From positions 46,895,712 through 46,959,711 of the forward strand of contig JASCQW010000105.1 of NCBI GenBank assembly GCA_030264375.1: DNA of 64,000 bases, given 5' to 3'. Shown in pieces: positions 1 to 11,249 of the stretch. This DNA comes from Carcharhinus longimanus (taxonomy: Eukaryota). The notes under the pieces were generated by a model. It was given only the letters and a program-made list of their open reading frames with translations. It did not search any database and was not told where the DNA came from. The translations under genes and the position numbers were made by a program. Numbering within the stretch: position 1 is the stretch's first letter; every line of letters starts with the position of its first letter.

Positions 1-184
1 CAGTCAATGAATCTCACCCACACATCTTTGGACTTTGGTAGGAAACTGGAACACACGGAGGAAATCCATGCAGACAGGGGGAGAACATATAGATTCCACA
101 TAGGTAGTCACCTGGAGCTGGAATTGAACGTGGGTCCCTGGCACTATGAGGCAGCAGCGCTAACCAATGTGCCACCATGTCGCC
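1..184 (-). mobile_element. HE1-type V-SINE (tRNA head + V domain), cut by the window edge
   Basis: Minus strand reads GGTGGCACATTGGTTAGCGCTGCTGCCTCATAG...CGTTCAATTCC (pol III A/B boxes), then the V-domain TTCTCCCCCTGTCTGCATGGATTTCCTCC...CCAAAGATGTG. Confidence 0.9.
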
Positions 185-559
185 TACGGCAGGAATGAGT
201 TACAAATATGTCCACTATTTTAGTGGACCTTAACTCACCCATTGATTCATGGTTTGTGAGTCGCCAAGTGAGCATTGCATGTGGAGATGATCATTTTTAA
301 CTGCAGAACAATTAGTAAGGAATATGGACAAAAATCTTAAAATTGGGTTCCTATCGTGCCATTGGCATTAGCAACTTTGCCTGCATATGTCCAAGCAACA
401 CCTATCCTGATCACTCCCTGCTGATCAGCTAGATGTTCAACAGCATGAGTTCCCACCCCCCCCCAATGACAGTGCTATTTAAAGGTTCAGGTGCCAACCT
501 GCAGAGGGGATGCTTTTGACATCCTTCTACTTAAGCTGTGTATGTAGCAGTCCTATACA

Positions 560-1010
560 CCCTTTGTGGAGGTCTTTTTGAGGTCTGGCTCTTAAAATCA
601 AGGAGGTCATAGAACTTTGTGACCAAGGTATGGGGCTCTCATCTGCAATGTGATCATCAGAACTGAAGGCTGCAAAGTGGAAAAGCTCTATGAAGAGGGA
701 GAAGGGGTGATCTTTCCACAGAAGGCCATAGGCCATATCCATGAGGATATTTGCAGGAACACTTCCCCCCACTCTCTACTCAGGAGCAATGTCTGAAATT
801 ACTCAGATTCAGCAACGAGGCTGTGACAGCAAGTGACATAACTGTGCAGCCTCAAGTCAGGATGGTGGAGTGGTTCCAACTGCCACATAGATCACAATAG
901 ATCTGGGCTTCTATGGATTTGGCTCCTTTCTGATGGGAGCAGGAGCCACCTTGAACACATCCCAGAATGTTACTCATCAGAGCATACAGTACAGAGACCA
1001 TCTTTCCAGA
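560..1010 (+). mobile_element. Heavily decayed Harbinger-derived fragment
   Basis: AGGCCATATCCATGAGGATATTTGCAGGAACACTTC (RPYP..EHF) resembles the transposase N-terminal motif seen at ~5315. Confidence 0.3.
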
Positions 1011-1060
1011 TCAGAACAGCACACCATCTTCCCTCTTAGCAAAGTGAAAGGGCATGTGTG

Positions 1061-1349
1061 TTTTTTTTATTCTATCAAGGGACATGGACAATACTGGCAT
1101 GGCCAGCGTTCATTGTCTGTCCTAATTGCCCTTGAGAAGGTGATGCTGAGCTACCTTCTTGAACAGCTGCAGTCTATCTGCTGCTACTGAGAAAGGAATT
1201 CTAACATCTTGGTTGTGTAACAATGAAGGAGTAGTGATATCATTCCAAGTCATTATTATATGTGACTTAGAGGAGAAGTGGCAGGTTGTGGTGTTCCAAT
1301 GTATCTGCTGCCCTTGTCCTTCTAGATCATACAGGACTTGGGTTTGGAA
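1061..1349 (-). mobile_element. 3' end of a CR1/L2-group LINE ('family B')
   Basis: CTAATTGCCCTTGAGAAGGTG...CTTCTTGAACAGCTGCAG; homologous to the LINE end at 17905-18230 and sharing its tail with the SINEs at 9252 and 18635. Confidence 0.75.
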
Positions 1350-1448
1350 TAAAAATAGAAAGTGCTGGAAAAGGTCAACAGGTCTGGCGGCATCTCTGGA
1401 GAGAAAAACAGAAATAATTTTTCAAGTCCAATTTGAATCTTCTTCAGA
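1350..1448 (-). mobile_element. Penelope-like terminal repeat (pLTR) fragment with a hammerhead ribozyme core
   Basis: Minus strand CTGAAGA-A-GATTC-AAATTG-GACTT-GAAA, followed by TTTCTCTCCAGAGATGCCGCCAGACCTG. The same block abuts the GIY-YIG ORF at 29993-30090. Confidence 0.7.
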
Positions 1449-1544
1449 TCTTCGATGCTTTAACCTGATCTGTTGGTTGTGGGATTGTTTATTTCTGTCC
1501 ACTATTTCCACTATTTGCCATGTACTTAGTAATGTATTGTAACA

Positions 1545-2260
1545 TCAGTTTTAGATATGTCTAGTGCTGTGCTGAACATGCCCTCCTACATTCCTCAGTG
1601 AACCAGTGTTGATCCTTTGGTTTGAAAGTAATAGTGGAGAGGGGAGTTGATGGGCCTTGAGGTTATACATTGTGGCTGAATTCTGCTGCTGCTGAGGGCA
1701 CTCAGCACCATGGCCTAGTTTTGAACTGTTAGATCTGTTCTGAATCTATTCCAATTAATACAGTAATGACCCAGGAAGCCCTACTGGAAAGGAACATAGT
1801 CAATGCCAAGTAAAACCACTACCATGGTGCACACAAACTAGTCCCTGCCTGGGAATACAGTTTAGCAGACTCAATCCTGGGCCTGTCTTAAAAAGGCTCA
1901 GGTAATGAGTTTCAGTTGGGTAGACCACTGCCTGTTACCAGGGGAACTCAACAAGCCCAACGGAGATCAATCAGTAATTCCCCATGCACTCTGTGAAGGT
2001 TATAACACCCAGCATGTTGGCAGATATTCTCAATGTGAAGCTGCAACTTCACAAGAACTGTGTAGTAGCCACTCCTACCTATACTGTGATGGACAAATGC
2101 ATGTCTGTCAGGTGTATTGGTGTGACCAGGGTCTGTTAGTTTTTTTTTTAGGTTTTTCCTCTAATTTGCTTCACTGCCTGTCACGGACCCAGTCTAGAAG
2201 CTATGTCCTTCAGAACTTGGCCAGCTCAGTTAGTAGTAATGCAACTGCAAAAGGTGCATA
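1545..2260 (-). mobile_element. Decayed LINE (family B) endonuclease-region relic
   Basis: Colinear with the LINE 3' end at 1061; only fragmentary similarity remains. Confidence 0.35.
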
Positions 2261-2270
2261 TTTCCATTTA

Positions 2271-2340
2271 CATAAGAACATAAGAACATAAGAAATAGGA
2301 GCAGGAGTAGGCCATCCAGCCCTTCGAGCCTGCCCCGCCA
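2271..2340 (-). mobile_element. Young CR1/HER1-type LINE 3' tail running into the gap
   Basis: (CATAAGAA)n tail then ATAGGAGCAGGAGTAGGCCATCCAGCCCTTCGAGCCTGCCCCGCCA; near-identical to 13209 and 19522. Confidence 0.9.
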
Positions 2341-2779
2341 NNNNNNNNNNNNNNNNNNNNNNNNNNNNNNNNNNNNNNNNNNNNNNNNNNNNNNNNNNNN
2401 NNNNNNNNNNNNNNNNNNNNNNNNNNNNNNNNNNNNNNNNNNNNNNNNNNNNNNNNNNNNNNNNNNNNNNNNNNNNNNNNNNNNNNNNNNNNNNNNNNNN
2501 NNNNNNNNNNNNNNNNNNNNNNNNNNNNNNNNNNNNNNNNNNNNNNNNNNNNNNNNNNNNNNNNNNNNNNNNNNNNNNNNNNNNNNNNNNNNNNNNNNNN
2601 NNNNNNNNNNNNNNNNNNNNNNNNNNNNNNNNNNNNNNNNNNNNNNNNNNNNNNNNNNNNNNNNNNNNNNNNNNNNNNNNNNNNNNNNNNNNNNNNNNNN
2701 NNNNNNNNNNNNNNNNNNNNNNNNNNNNNNNNNNNNNNNNNNNNNNNNNNNNNNNNNNNNNNNNNNNNNNNNNNNNNNN
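2341..2779. other. Assembly gap
   Basis: Run of N. Confidence 1.
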
Positions 2780-3198
2780 ATTTCCTGCCATACCCTAGAT
2801 GAATCATTCATCATATGCTGTTGCCATGATCAGAAAAATGGACTACGTTCAGATGTAATGTCTCTAGCTCCCAGATTGATATGTATGTGATTCAGTCCAT
2901 TTCACCTTAGCTGTTGTTGATGCTTGTTTGTATAGTGGCTGTTGTCTTTGTCCATCAGCTCTAATGGGGTCTCTCAGGTTCTTTAATTGGATTGCCTGAT
3001 GGCAATTGTTTGGTCTTTGAGATGACAATATCCCAGTGGCTTTGTTTTAGTATCAATATGTTTTGAAGAGTAATCCCTCACAGTATAGTTAACATTTAGC
3101 CTGTTTGCAGCATTTATGTTCACAAAATCTCTGGGGGGGACTATAATATCCATCACTAAGAATATTTCAATGGCACGAGAATTGAGTGAGCTGGCTGA

Positions 3199-3503
3199 GG
3201 TTAGCATTACTGCCTCACAGTGCTAGAGACCCGGGTTTAATTGTGGTCTCAGGTGCCTGTCTGTGTGGCGTTTGCACATCCTCCCCATGTTTGTATGGGT
3301 TTCCTCCAGGTGCTTTGGTTTCTTCCCACATTCCAAAGATGTGCATGTTAGGTTTATTGGCTATGCTACATTAACCCTAATGTCAGGGGGATTAGCAGGG
3401 TAAATATGTGGGGTTTTGGGAATAGGGCCTGTCATTGTGGTTTGGTGCAGACTTGATGGGCCAAATGTCCTCTTTCTACACTGTAGGAAAACTATGATTC
3501 TAT
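3199..3503 (+). mobile_element. HE1 V-SINE, near full length
   Basis: GGTTAGCATTACTGCCTCACAGTGCTAGAGACCCGGGTTTAATT head, V domain, and CR1-type tail ...CTACACTGTAGGAAAACTATGATTCTAT. Confidence 0.9.
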
Positions 3504-3688
3504 GTGCAGGTGGATTGGCCATGGTAAAATGTCCCTTGGTGTCCAGAGATATGCAGGAGAGGGGGTTTTAGCCATGGTACAGGGGTAGGGCGAGGAGAGG
3601 TGGTGTGGGCCTGTGTAAGATGCTCTTTCGGAGAGTTGGTGCAGACTCAATGGCCTGAATGGCTTCCTGCACTGTAAGGATTCTATTC
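3504..3688 (+). mobile_element. 5'-truncated HE1-type SINE in tandem with the previous copy
   Basis: GGTGGATTGGCCATGGTAAAATGTCCCTT...GGTGCAGACTCAATGGCCTGAATGGCTTCCTGCACTGTAAGGATTCTAT. Confidence 0.85.
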
Positions 3689-3786
3689 CATTTCTCAAAG
3701 TACATATTTATTTAAGGATGATGAGTAAATTAACTTCATAGGCTAGATTTTCCAACTGCAAATCAGGCAGTGTGCCCTCCAGCCTG

Positions 3787-3952
3787 ATACGCATGCATGC
3801 ATGTGCGCACACGTGTGCGCGCACACACACACACACACACACACTGCGACACACGCACTGCGGCACACACACACACTGCGACACACACACACACGCACTG
3901 CAACACACACACACACACATGCACCACAATACACACACACCACAACCCACAC
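3787..3952. repeat. Compound (CA)n microsatellite with periodic CTGCG/CTGCA interruptions
   Basis: Directly visible; 3787-3844 is an unbroken purine/pyrimidine alternation. Confidence 0.98.
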
Positions 3953-4126
3953 AGTATCAAATCGAGTCCAACGACAAACAACATTAGGTCAGCAGTACAC
4001 CATCATGCCATTTTCAGAAATCATTACTGAGAAGACGCGCAGGCACGGAAATCAGAAGTCCACCTGTTATCGTTAAATTACTAATTATAAAATTATTGAG
4101 CTTGTTAACAACTCTGTGGAAACTAG

Positions 4127-4222
4127 GATCAGGCTGTTGTGTTGGATGATCATCCATGATCAGGATGAATGGTGGAGCAGGCTGGGAGGGCTGAATGGCC
4201 CCCTGCTACTCAGAGTCTTCAT
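4127..4222 (+). mobile_element. Old CR1 3' UTR fragment
   Basis: GATCATCCATGATCAGGATGAATGGTGGAGCAGGCTGGGAGGGCTGAATGGCC...CTGCT matches the CR1 tails elsewhere in the window. Confidence 0.75.
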
Positions 4223-5169
4223 ATTTCTACCTGGGTGCATGAAGAGAGCTACTATTATAGATTAATTGCCTTTCTTTTTGACAATATTCCAGTGCATTCA
4301 TTCATTACAATGGAATACTTAAATTTTAAAACAGAAAGAGACATGATGATGGTAAAAAAATGTGAGTGGGTTCAAGTGGCTATAATAGTCCCTCCAGGAT
4401 TATAGCTATTTCTTGTTTTTGATTAAAAGATCAATAATGGCAAAACATTCCTTCCTATAAATGGATCTAAGCTCTACATCTGTCAGCGAAGGAACTTACT
4501 GTTCCTGCGAAATTACTGTTTTTACTGACTAAAGCCAGTAGTGCCAATTCAGTCCACATGAAAGTTATACAGAATGATAGATTATATCAGTCCATCATAT
4601 TTTGTACAGTAATGTAGGTTGCTGTCATTGGGGATTCTTGCAGATAGATTGTTTCGTCTTTTTTGTAGAATTAAGTGAAGGGAGAAGTATTTTTATTGTT
4701 TAAATTACATTAGAGTGAAGATGTCAGTTTTCATTCTCTGGCAATTCATAGCAGAAGTTTGACTGTATCCCACCCGTTTTCCAAGAGTTGCACGGATGCA
4801 CAAACCTTCAATATGGTGGGTCTCATATCTGTGCTACTGACAACATTGAATTGGCTGGCAAAAGCGCATGCCAGAACTATGAAAAGTACTGTCTAACTTA
4901 TTGAAATTCTTATCCTGTTGGAGAACCCTTTTCTGATTTTAGGATGCTCAAGTGCCTTACTCACAATGTGCTTGGCTCACCAGGCAACTTATGATGCCAA
5001 CAGGTGCTATTTAAAGGTTCGCACAGTATTTACAGTTTGGTTGCTAATATGTCATTACAGTCTAATCTTTGGAGTTTTTAGGCTGTTAATCTTTGGAGAT
5101 TTTAGGCCTGTTTATCCACCCTGGGAGACTGAGCTTGACTGCCGAGAAGACTCTGGACCTTAGCTGCTT

Positions 5170-6110
5170 TTAAACAGTATTTTCCAGCTGTGCGTGATCT
5201 GGTAGGGCTGCCTTCAGAACGAGAGAATGAGAAGAAGCAACAAAGGTGGCAGCAGAGAGCAAAAACAGCTGCCATTAGGGAGAAAGAGAGAGAAATTTAA
5301 GTGAACAAAGAAATGGAGGCCAAATCCATAGCAGATATTCGGGGGTATTTTTATGACTTTAACTTCACTGATGAACAATATGGTGCCTTCATTTCACAGG
5401 AGAGGCTGTCATAACCCAAGACTTTCACTAGGATAGAGATATTTGTGACTGCCAAGTCACTGAGGTCTTACCTTTAAAATCATTGGTTTCTTTCAGGTTG
5501 TAGCAAATGATATCAGCAACAAATCCCAGCTTGCAGCTTAAAACTGTATCCTTTGCTATGAACGCAGCAATGCAGGATGAGAGAGCACTCGGCTTTGCCA
5601 AATTGTAGGCTTCTACAGGGTGCAAGGGGCCATTGATTGTATAAACATTGGTCTGTATATTCACTATCACCAGCTTGGTATCTTTCTCAATAAATAGGGA
5701 TCCCATTCCCTGAACATACAGCTGATTTGGGATCACAGATAGTGCATCACTTAAGCCTGTTCCTAGTGTCTTAACATCAGGCTGAATAGTTTCATCCTGT
5801 GTCAGACCTCTTTGCTCCAAATAGCAAGTTGAGTTATAGGTTGGCTAATGAGTGACAAGTGATATACCCTCCCAACATGATTCATGATTCCTGTAAAAAA
5901 TGCAGACCAAGCTGCAGAGCTGGTCTACAATGAGAGCCATTTCACCAAAAGAAAGAGATAAAATTAACAAATAGCACATTTGTGCAATTATTTTGCTACC
6001 TTGACTGTCCAAGGGAGATTTGCAGTACATTGCTGAACATTTATCCAGATTTGTGGTTATCTGCTGCATGCTGTGCAGAGTTCAATAATGCAGCAGCAGC
6101 ATTTAGTATC
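5170..6110 (+). pseudogene. Harbinger/PIF DDE transposase pseudogene (HARBI1-like family)
   Basis: Frameshifted translation gives GSFQVVANDISNKSQ, GFYRVQGAIDCINI, NK*GSHSLNIQLIWDH, GWLMSDK*Y, YNESH and GDLQY...RFVVICCML, in the canonical order of Harbinger transposase motifs. Confidence 0.85.
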
Positions 6111-6742
6111 ATTTGGGCACAAGAGCTATAGCAGGAGCAGGAGGAACAAGGATGTAAAGGGAGGGAAGAGAAGCATGAAGAGAAGGAGATGAGGTGCCTC
6201 TAGCTGACACAGCTCTTAGAAAACAACTCATTGACGGCACCTTTCCCTGAAGCACCTTCCATCTCCAATACATAAACAATATGTATTACCACCATCCTTT
6301 GTGTCATTAATCATTTGCCAAATCTTTATTTCACCACAAATATAAGCAACAACATCAAATCCAGTGCAGGGAAACCATTTTATAAGGGAAGAAAAGCATG
6401 CAGAATGAAGAAACGATGCATGTCCTTGGCTCCAGAATTGTCAATTTTTCTGATGGCTTTTCACTGCTTGATATAGCCAGTTGCATTTTGAGAAGTGTTT
6501 CCTTATTCTGCAACCAGAGTTTATCTCTCCTTTAATTGACGCTGACTGACTATGTCGTGTCAGAAATCTAAGTCCCCACATTGACACGGAGCCAAAAGCA
6601 AGAGTAGCATTTGCTACATGCCTGAGTCATGAGAATAAACATAAGCTAAACAGGTATTTTCTCTTTTTTGGGAATGATGGGGCATTTATAAGCCTAAGTT
6701 ATTACATTCTTAAAAACTTAGATGAATTAATCAATGTTGGTT

Positions 6743-7052
6743 GGGCCCCTATAACACAGTGGATAGTGTCACTACCTCAGTGCTAAAAGCTCTGGGTTTG
6801 AATCCCACTCCAGGATTTGACGGCCATGGAATGGGCAATGATAACTTGGCCAAATTGGTTGATTATCAGCCTGTAAAATGCTTCCAGTATGTTTAAAAGC
6901 AGGTGATAAGAGCATGGAAGTTTCCTGGTCAGCCATACTGCAGAAGGTAAATGGCAAACCACAGCAATGCTTTGACAAGGATTATCATAGAGTAATCCAT
7001 GGGAGTCCGTGGTCGTCAATGCCCTCTTAGCACTTGGTACCTGAAGGAAGAA
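6743..7052 (+). mobile_element. tRNA-derived SINE with an RTE/BovB-like 3' part
   Basis: B box GGGTTTGAATCCC. GAAGGTAAATGGCAAACCACAGCAATGCTTTGAC resembles the BovB/Bov-A motif GAAGGAAATGGCAACCCACTCCAGTATTCTTGCC. Ends in GAAGGAAGAA. Confidence 0.65.
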
Positions 7053-8450
7053 TGGGGTGGGGGGATACTGTGGCCAGCTTCATCCACTTTTTAAAAAGTA
7101 TTTAACCTGTTGCTCTTTATTATTTTGTTTCTTTTATTATGTCTCTTTAAATGCTCTCTCCATATTGAACTTTTGAACTGTTATTTCTACCCAGCTTCCT
7201 TGAATGATTAACTCGTTGAGTGCTGCATGACCTTTGCATCTTTCCAGATACAAATTTGCTGTGGCTTAACATCTATAAAAATGTCATTTGGTACAAATTT
7301 TAATATACAGTGCATGCTATAGGACATTCAGCAAGGTTATTGGAACATGTCAAGTTTCCAGCCTGTATAACGTGTGAATGATGACATCGCCAGTGGGTTA
7401 TACCATGTGTTAAATATTTATGGTGTGCAAAGATGCATTACCAATATTTTGAAACCATGAAGGTGATGGAAAATGTAAAACAAAAATTTACTTTTATGAA
7501 ACAAAATATATAATGTGCAGCCATCCCTTATTTTTCATTGTGCGCAATTAAGGTTGTAAAATATTTGGAAGAATGCTGATTGTCTTTAAAAAATGGGAGC
7601 CCTGAGGCTGTTACAGCGCTAGAGATTGCTTCAATAAGTCCAATATGTAATTCATTCCAAATATAAGAGAAAAATATCAGCTCTCACCTTCATGGCTGCA
7701 CATAGATTTACAGTTCAAAGTTTGCTTCAAACACTATGAGTAGGTCATCCCAGTGCTCCCTATTTCAGGAGAAGATTAACATTTCATTAATTCACAGGTC
7801 AGTGTTGATGGGTTGAGAAATACCCTGAGTATATAATGTGAATCCGATAAGATCCAGTGGTCATTGCAATTTTAAGCAACAAAGACTTCTTCCCCCAAAT
7901 TTTCAGCAGTACCAGTTTTTTTAATATTTCATAAGAATTAATGATGTACAAGGCGTTTTTGTAAATTATGAAACCCAAGTAAAAGGCCAAGACCTAGAGA
8001 GGACAGGATCTCTAAAGTCGTGAAGACCAGGCAATCAAGTAAATCAGGCAGAGAGAGATAAATCACCATTTCAGAGACATGGCCAGGATTTTACTAGCCC
8101 TCAGATGGTGGATTAGGAGGTGGGAACAGGGGTGGAGGAATGGTAAACTTGCAAGGGAGCCATGTTGGGAGGATCCCTGATGCAGTCCTGCCAATGTACC
8201 ATTTTTCTAATGCCTGAAATGGCAGTGTCTTAGTTGCCTGTCAACTAGAGGTGAGCAGCTGATTAACATAGTAAAAGGACAATAAACTATTTTTCTTGTC
8301 CACCAGCGTTTTGGCAGCAATTAAGTGGCCCTCTGCTGGATGGGGAAGCAGCCAGTTGTGTGGAAATCACCTTCAATGGCTTTCCAGATTGGCCTAGATT
8401 CGAGAGGAGGAGGTCCTCAACAGCAATAGGCTCCCCTAACTGGAGGGCTC

Positions 8451-9808
8451 ACCACGCAATGCTGAATTTTTGCTGATGTAGTTGATGGAATAGCCTTGTC
8501 TCCTTCAAAAAGGAGCAAAAGCAGTTTGTGATCAGAAACAATGGTGAAGTGCCAGCCATTGAAACAATGGTGAAAATACTTGACACCATAAAATATTGAT
8601 AATTCATCTTTCTCAATTTTTGAGTAGTCTTCTTCGGCTCTGAAGAAGGTTCTTGAGACATACCCCATTATCTTTTTGGATTATGGGACAACACTGCATC
8701 AATGCTATATGGAGAGGGCTTCATAGGTTAACACCACTTTCTTAGGTGGCTCGAACTGTGCTAACAATTTTGAAGAATGTACCAATTGTATTACTCTGTT
8801 AAAAACTTCTTTATGGACCCTCTTCCAAAACCAACACTTGTGCTTATTTAGCAGCATATGCAAGGGACAAATAACATCAACAAATTTGGTTTAAAAAGTC
8901 ACTTTCCCATTCCTAAAAGTGACTTGGGCTCAGATGTGTTTTTGGGGGCCAGTGCCTTATTTATGGCTCTGATCTTGTCTTCCATGGGGTGTAATCCATG
9001 TGCATCTACACAGTACCCCATGTAGGCTACCTCAGTGGCTTGAAAGTACATTTCTCCTTCTTGAGGTGAACTCCAGCCTCTTGAAATCCCTTTAGCTAAG
9101 TTAGTTACGTGTTTGGCGTCTGTTGATTCAGTTATAAGAACATCATCAAAATATACTGTAACTTGTGGCAGTCCCTGGAACAGACTTTCCATTGTTCCCT
9201 GGAAAAGGGGATAAATGTATACTGGAACAAACTTTTGTTTGTGCTTACCATGGGGAGATTGTAGCATAGTAGTATTGTCACTGAATTATTAATCCAGAGA
9301 CTGAAGGTAATGCTGTGCAGACAGGGCTTTGAATCCAATTGTGGCAGATGATAAAATCTGAATTCAGTAAAAATCTGGAATTAAAAAAAATCTAATAATG
9401 ACCATGAAACTATTGCCGATTCACTAATATCCTTCAGAGAAGGCAATCTGCTGTTCTTACCTGTCTGGATTATCTGTGACTCCAGATGCCTGGCAATGTG
9501 ATTGACTCTTAAATGGCCTAGCAAGCCACTCAGTTCAAGGGCAATTAGGGATGGGCAATACATGCTGGCCCAGCCAACAATGTCCATGTTTCCTGAACAA
9601 ATAAAAAAAATGATCTAGGGAATCTTTGTCAAAGTCAATTTGCTGACATGAATAACTCATATCCAACTCGAATAACATCAGCCTCTGGCCAGATTTGCAT
9701 ACAGGCCTTTGGGATTGGATATTTATCCGAATTGGCAACCTGTTAACGGTCTTGTCTGTCTTCAACACAGGAACTATAGATGCTGCCTGTTCCATGAATT
9801 GAACTGCT
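8451..9808 (-). pseudogene. Gypsy LTR-retrotransposon pol fragment (RT + RNase H), no LTRs
   Basis: VQFMEQAASIVPVLKTDKTV, ELDMSYSCQQ, VTVYFDDVLIT, YSKIEKDELSIFYGVKYFHH and FTIVSDHKLL (Mag/K02A2.6-like). Confidence 0.9.
9252..9610 (+). mobile_element. tRNA-derived SINE ('family B') inserted in the Gypsy RT
   Basis: Head GGGGAGATTGTAGCATAGTAG...TTTGAATCC; tail AAGGGCAATTAGGGATGGGCAATACATGCTGGCC...AATAAAAAAAA shared with LINE family B; second copy at 18635. Confidence 0.85.
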
Positions 9809-10579
9809 GGAGGCAGGGTCCCCACAACTGCAGTGTAAAAGTAGGGAGGGGAGGTGAGAGAGCCCACCCCAATTGCCCAGCTCGTCCCATCGTCATTTAT
9901 TGGTTTGAAGCAAGACATTTACCCCTACTGGGGAGGAGATCCCATCTCAGAGAGCTGCTAGCCAATCCAGTGGCTGGAAGCACTCTGGTCACAGCAGCAC
10001 CAATGGGAGAGATGGCCACTGCTGGGAGGGCATCCTGTCTTCCATGGCGATCATCGATGGAACAGATGCAAGTGTAAGTGGGAGGGGTTTTGCCAGGCCC
10101 AGTTAACAGGCTGCAAGTGGGTTGGAAGGCTGGGATGGACAGGGAAATGGGGAGAGGAAATATGGGTGTGGGAAAACCTGGGCTGAAGACCTCCAGTAGG
10201 CACAGGATCAAACAGTTACCAACTGCTTGACCAGACACCAGCCCGAGCAGTGATAATTGCTGCGCTGCACACTTACCACCTGCTTCCTCCCAGTGGTGTT
10301 CAAATTCCAGCAGTGGCAGGAGGTGGCCTCAATTTGTCAGAAGTTGGGAATCCAAACACATGGGTACCCTCATGAGTAAAGGTGTGGTAGATGCCAAGAA
10401 TGGCACCCATGACATGGCACTCAATTTAATGACCTTCCGTCACCTGTCAGTTGACTTCCTGGGAGACTGTAAATCCTGGCTCGGGGGTAATATTCTAGTT
10501 AGTGAACCAGGCCATTGATGCATGGTAAATTGACAGCTGATGAGGAGTTAGAATGGGCATTGTTAAATAATGACATTAG

Positions 10580-10994
10580 ATGTTGAAGGTAGAATTAGTG
10601 ATTTCTTGTGAGGGATCTTCTTGGGATGAGTGATCATAGTATGATTGAATTTCTGATGCAGATGGAGGATGAGAAAGTAGGGNNNNNNNNNNNNNNNNNN
10701 NNNNNNNNNNNNNNNNNNNNNNNNNNNNNNNNNNNNNNNNNNNNNNNNNNNNNNNNNNNNNNNNNNNNNNNNNNNNNNNNNNTCTTCACTCAAAGGGTGG
10801 TGAATCTCTGGAATTCTCTGCCAGTTGAAGTGGTGGAGGCTACCTCGCTGAATATATTTGAGTCACGGGTAGGTAGGTTTCTGATAGACAGGGGAATTAA
10901 GGGTTATGGGGAGAAAGCGGGAAAGTGGAGCTGATCGAAGGGCTAGATGGCCTACTCCTGCTCCTAATTCTTATGTTCTTATTATGTTCTTATG
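10580..10994 (+). mobile_element. CR1/HER1 LINE spanning the gap at 10683-10782
   Basis: LGMSDHSMIEF (end of the APE domain) before the gap; FTQRVVNLWNSLP...GYGEKAGKWS and a (TTCTTATG)n tail after it. Confidence 0.9.
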
Positions 10995-11249
10995 ACAAAT
11001 AATGTGGCTGGATGAGTCCATGTTTTGACATTATAACAGTGTAGGTAGTGCAATGCCACAGAACGTTGAAGCTTTGTTTTTCACTGGTACGTTATTCTCC
11101 ACCTTGTGCTCATCGCATTGATAAATTAATCAGAGACAAGAAGGGTGATAATGGAGAGAGAGTGAGATTGGAGATTAGATGCGAGAAAAAGGTCACCAAC
11201 CAAATGACATGCTTTATTAAGAAAGTTCTTATTCAACATTGAGCTAAGG

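Larger units (their letters stand above)
8081..10481. mobile_element. Harbinger-type non-autonomous TIR element (MITE) carrying nested insertions
   Basis: Inverted ends GGCCAGGATTTTAC (8081) and GTAAATCCTGGCT (10469-10481); GC-rich body on both sides of the Gypsy fragment. Confidence 0.65.

Noticed and set aside
2210-2814. Three long ORFs of 179-194 aa
   Set aside because: They are long only because they read through N gaps; the same applies near 13329, 27571, 46304 and 55590.
3708-4076. Six overlapping Cys/Val- or His/Thr-rich ORFs
   Set aside because: Translations of the (CA)n microsatellite.
5428-5820. 130-aa minus-strand ORF as a novel gene
   Set aside because: Antisense shadow of the plus-strand Harbinger transposase relic.
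8451-9808. Recent inverted duplication of the Gypsy at 55290-56400
   Set aside because: Same family but visibly diverged, with independent indels; these are separate copies.
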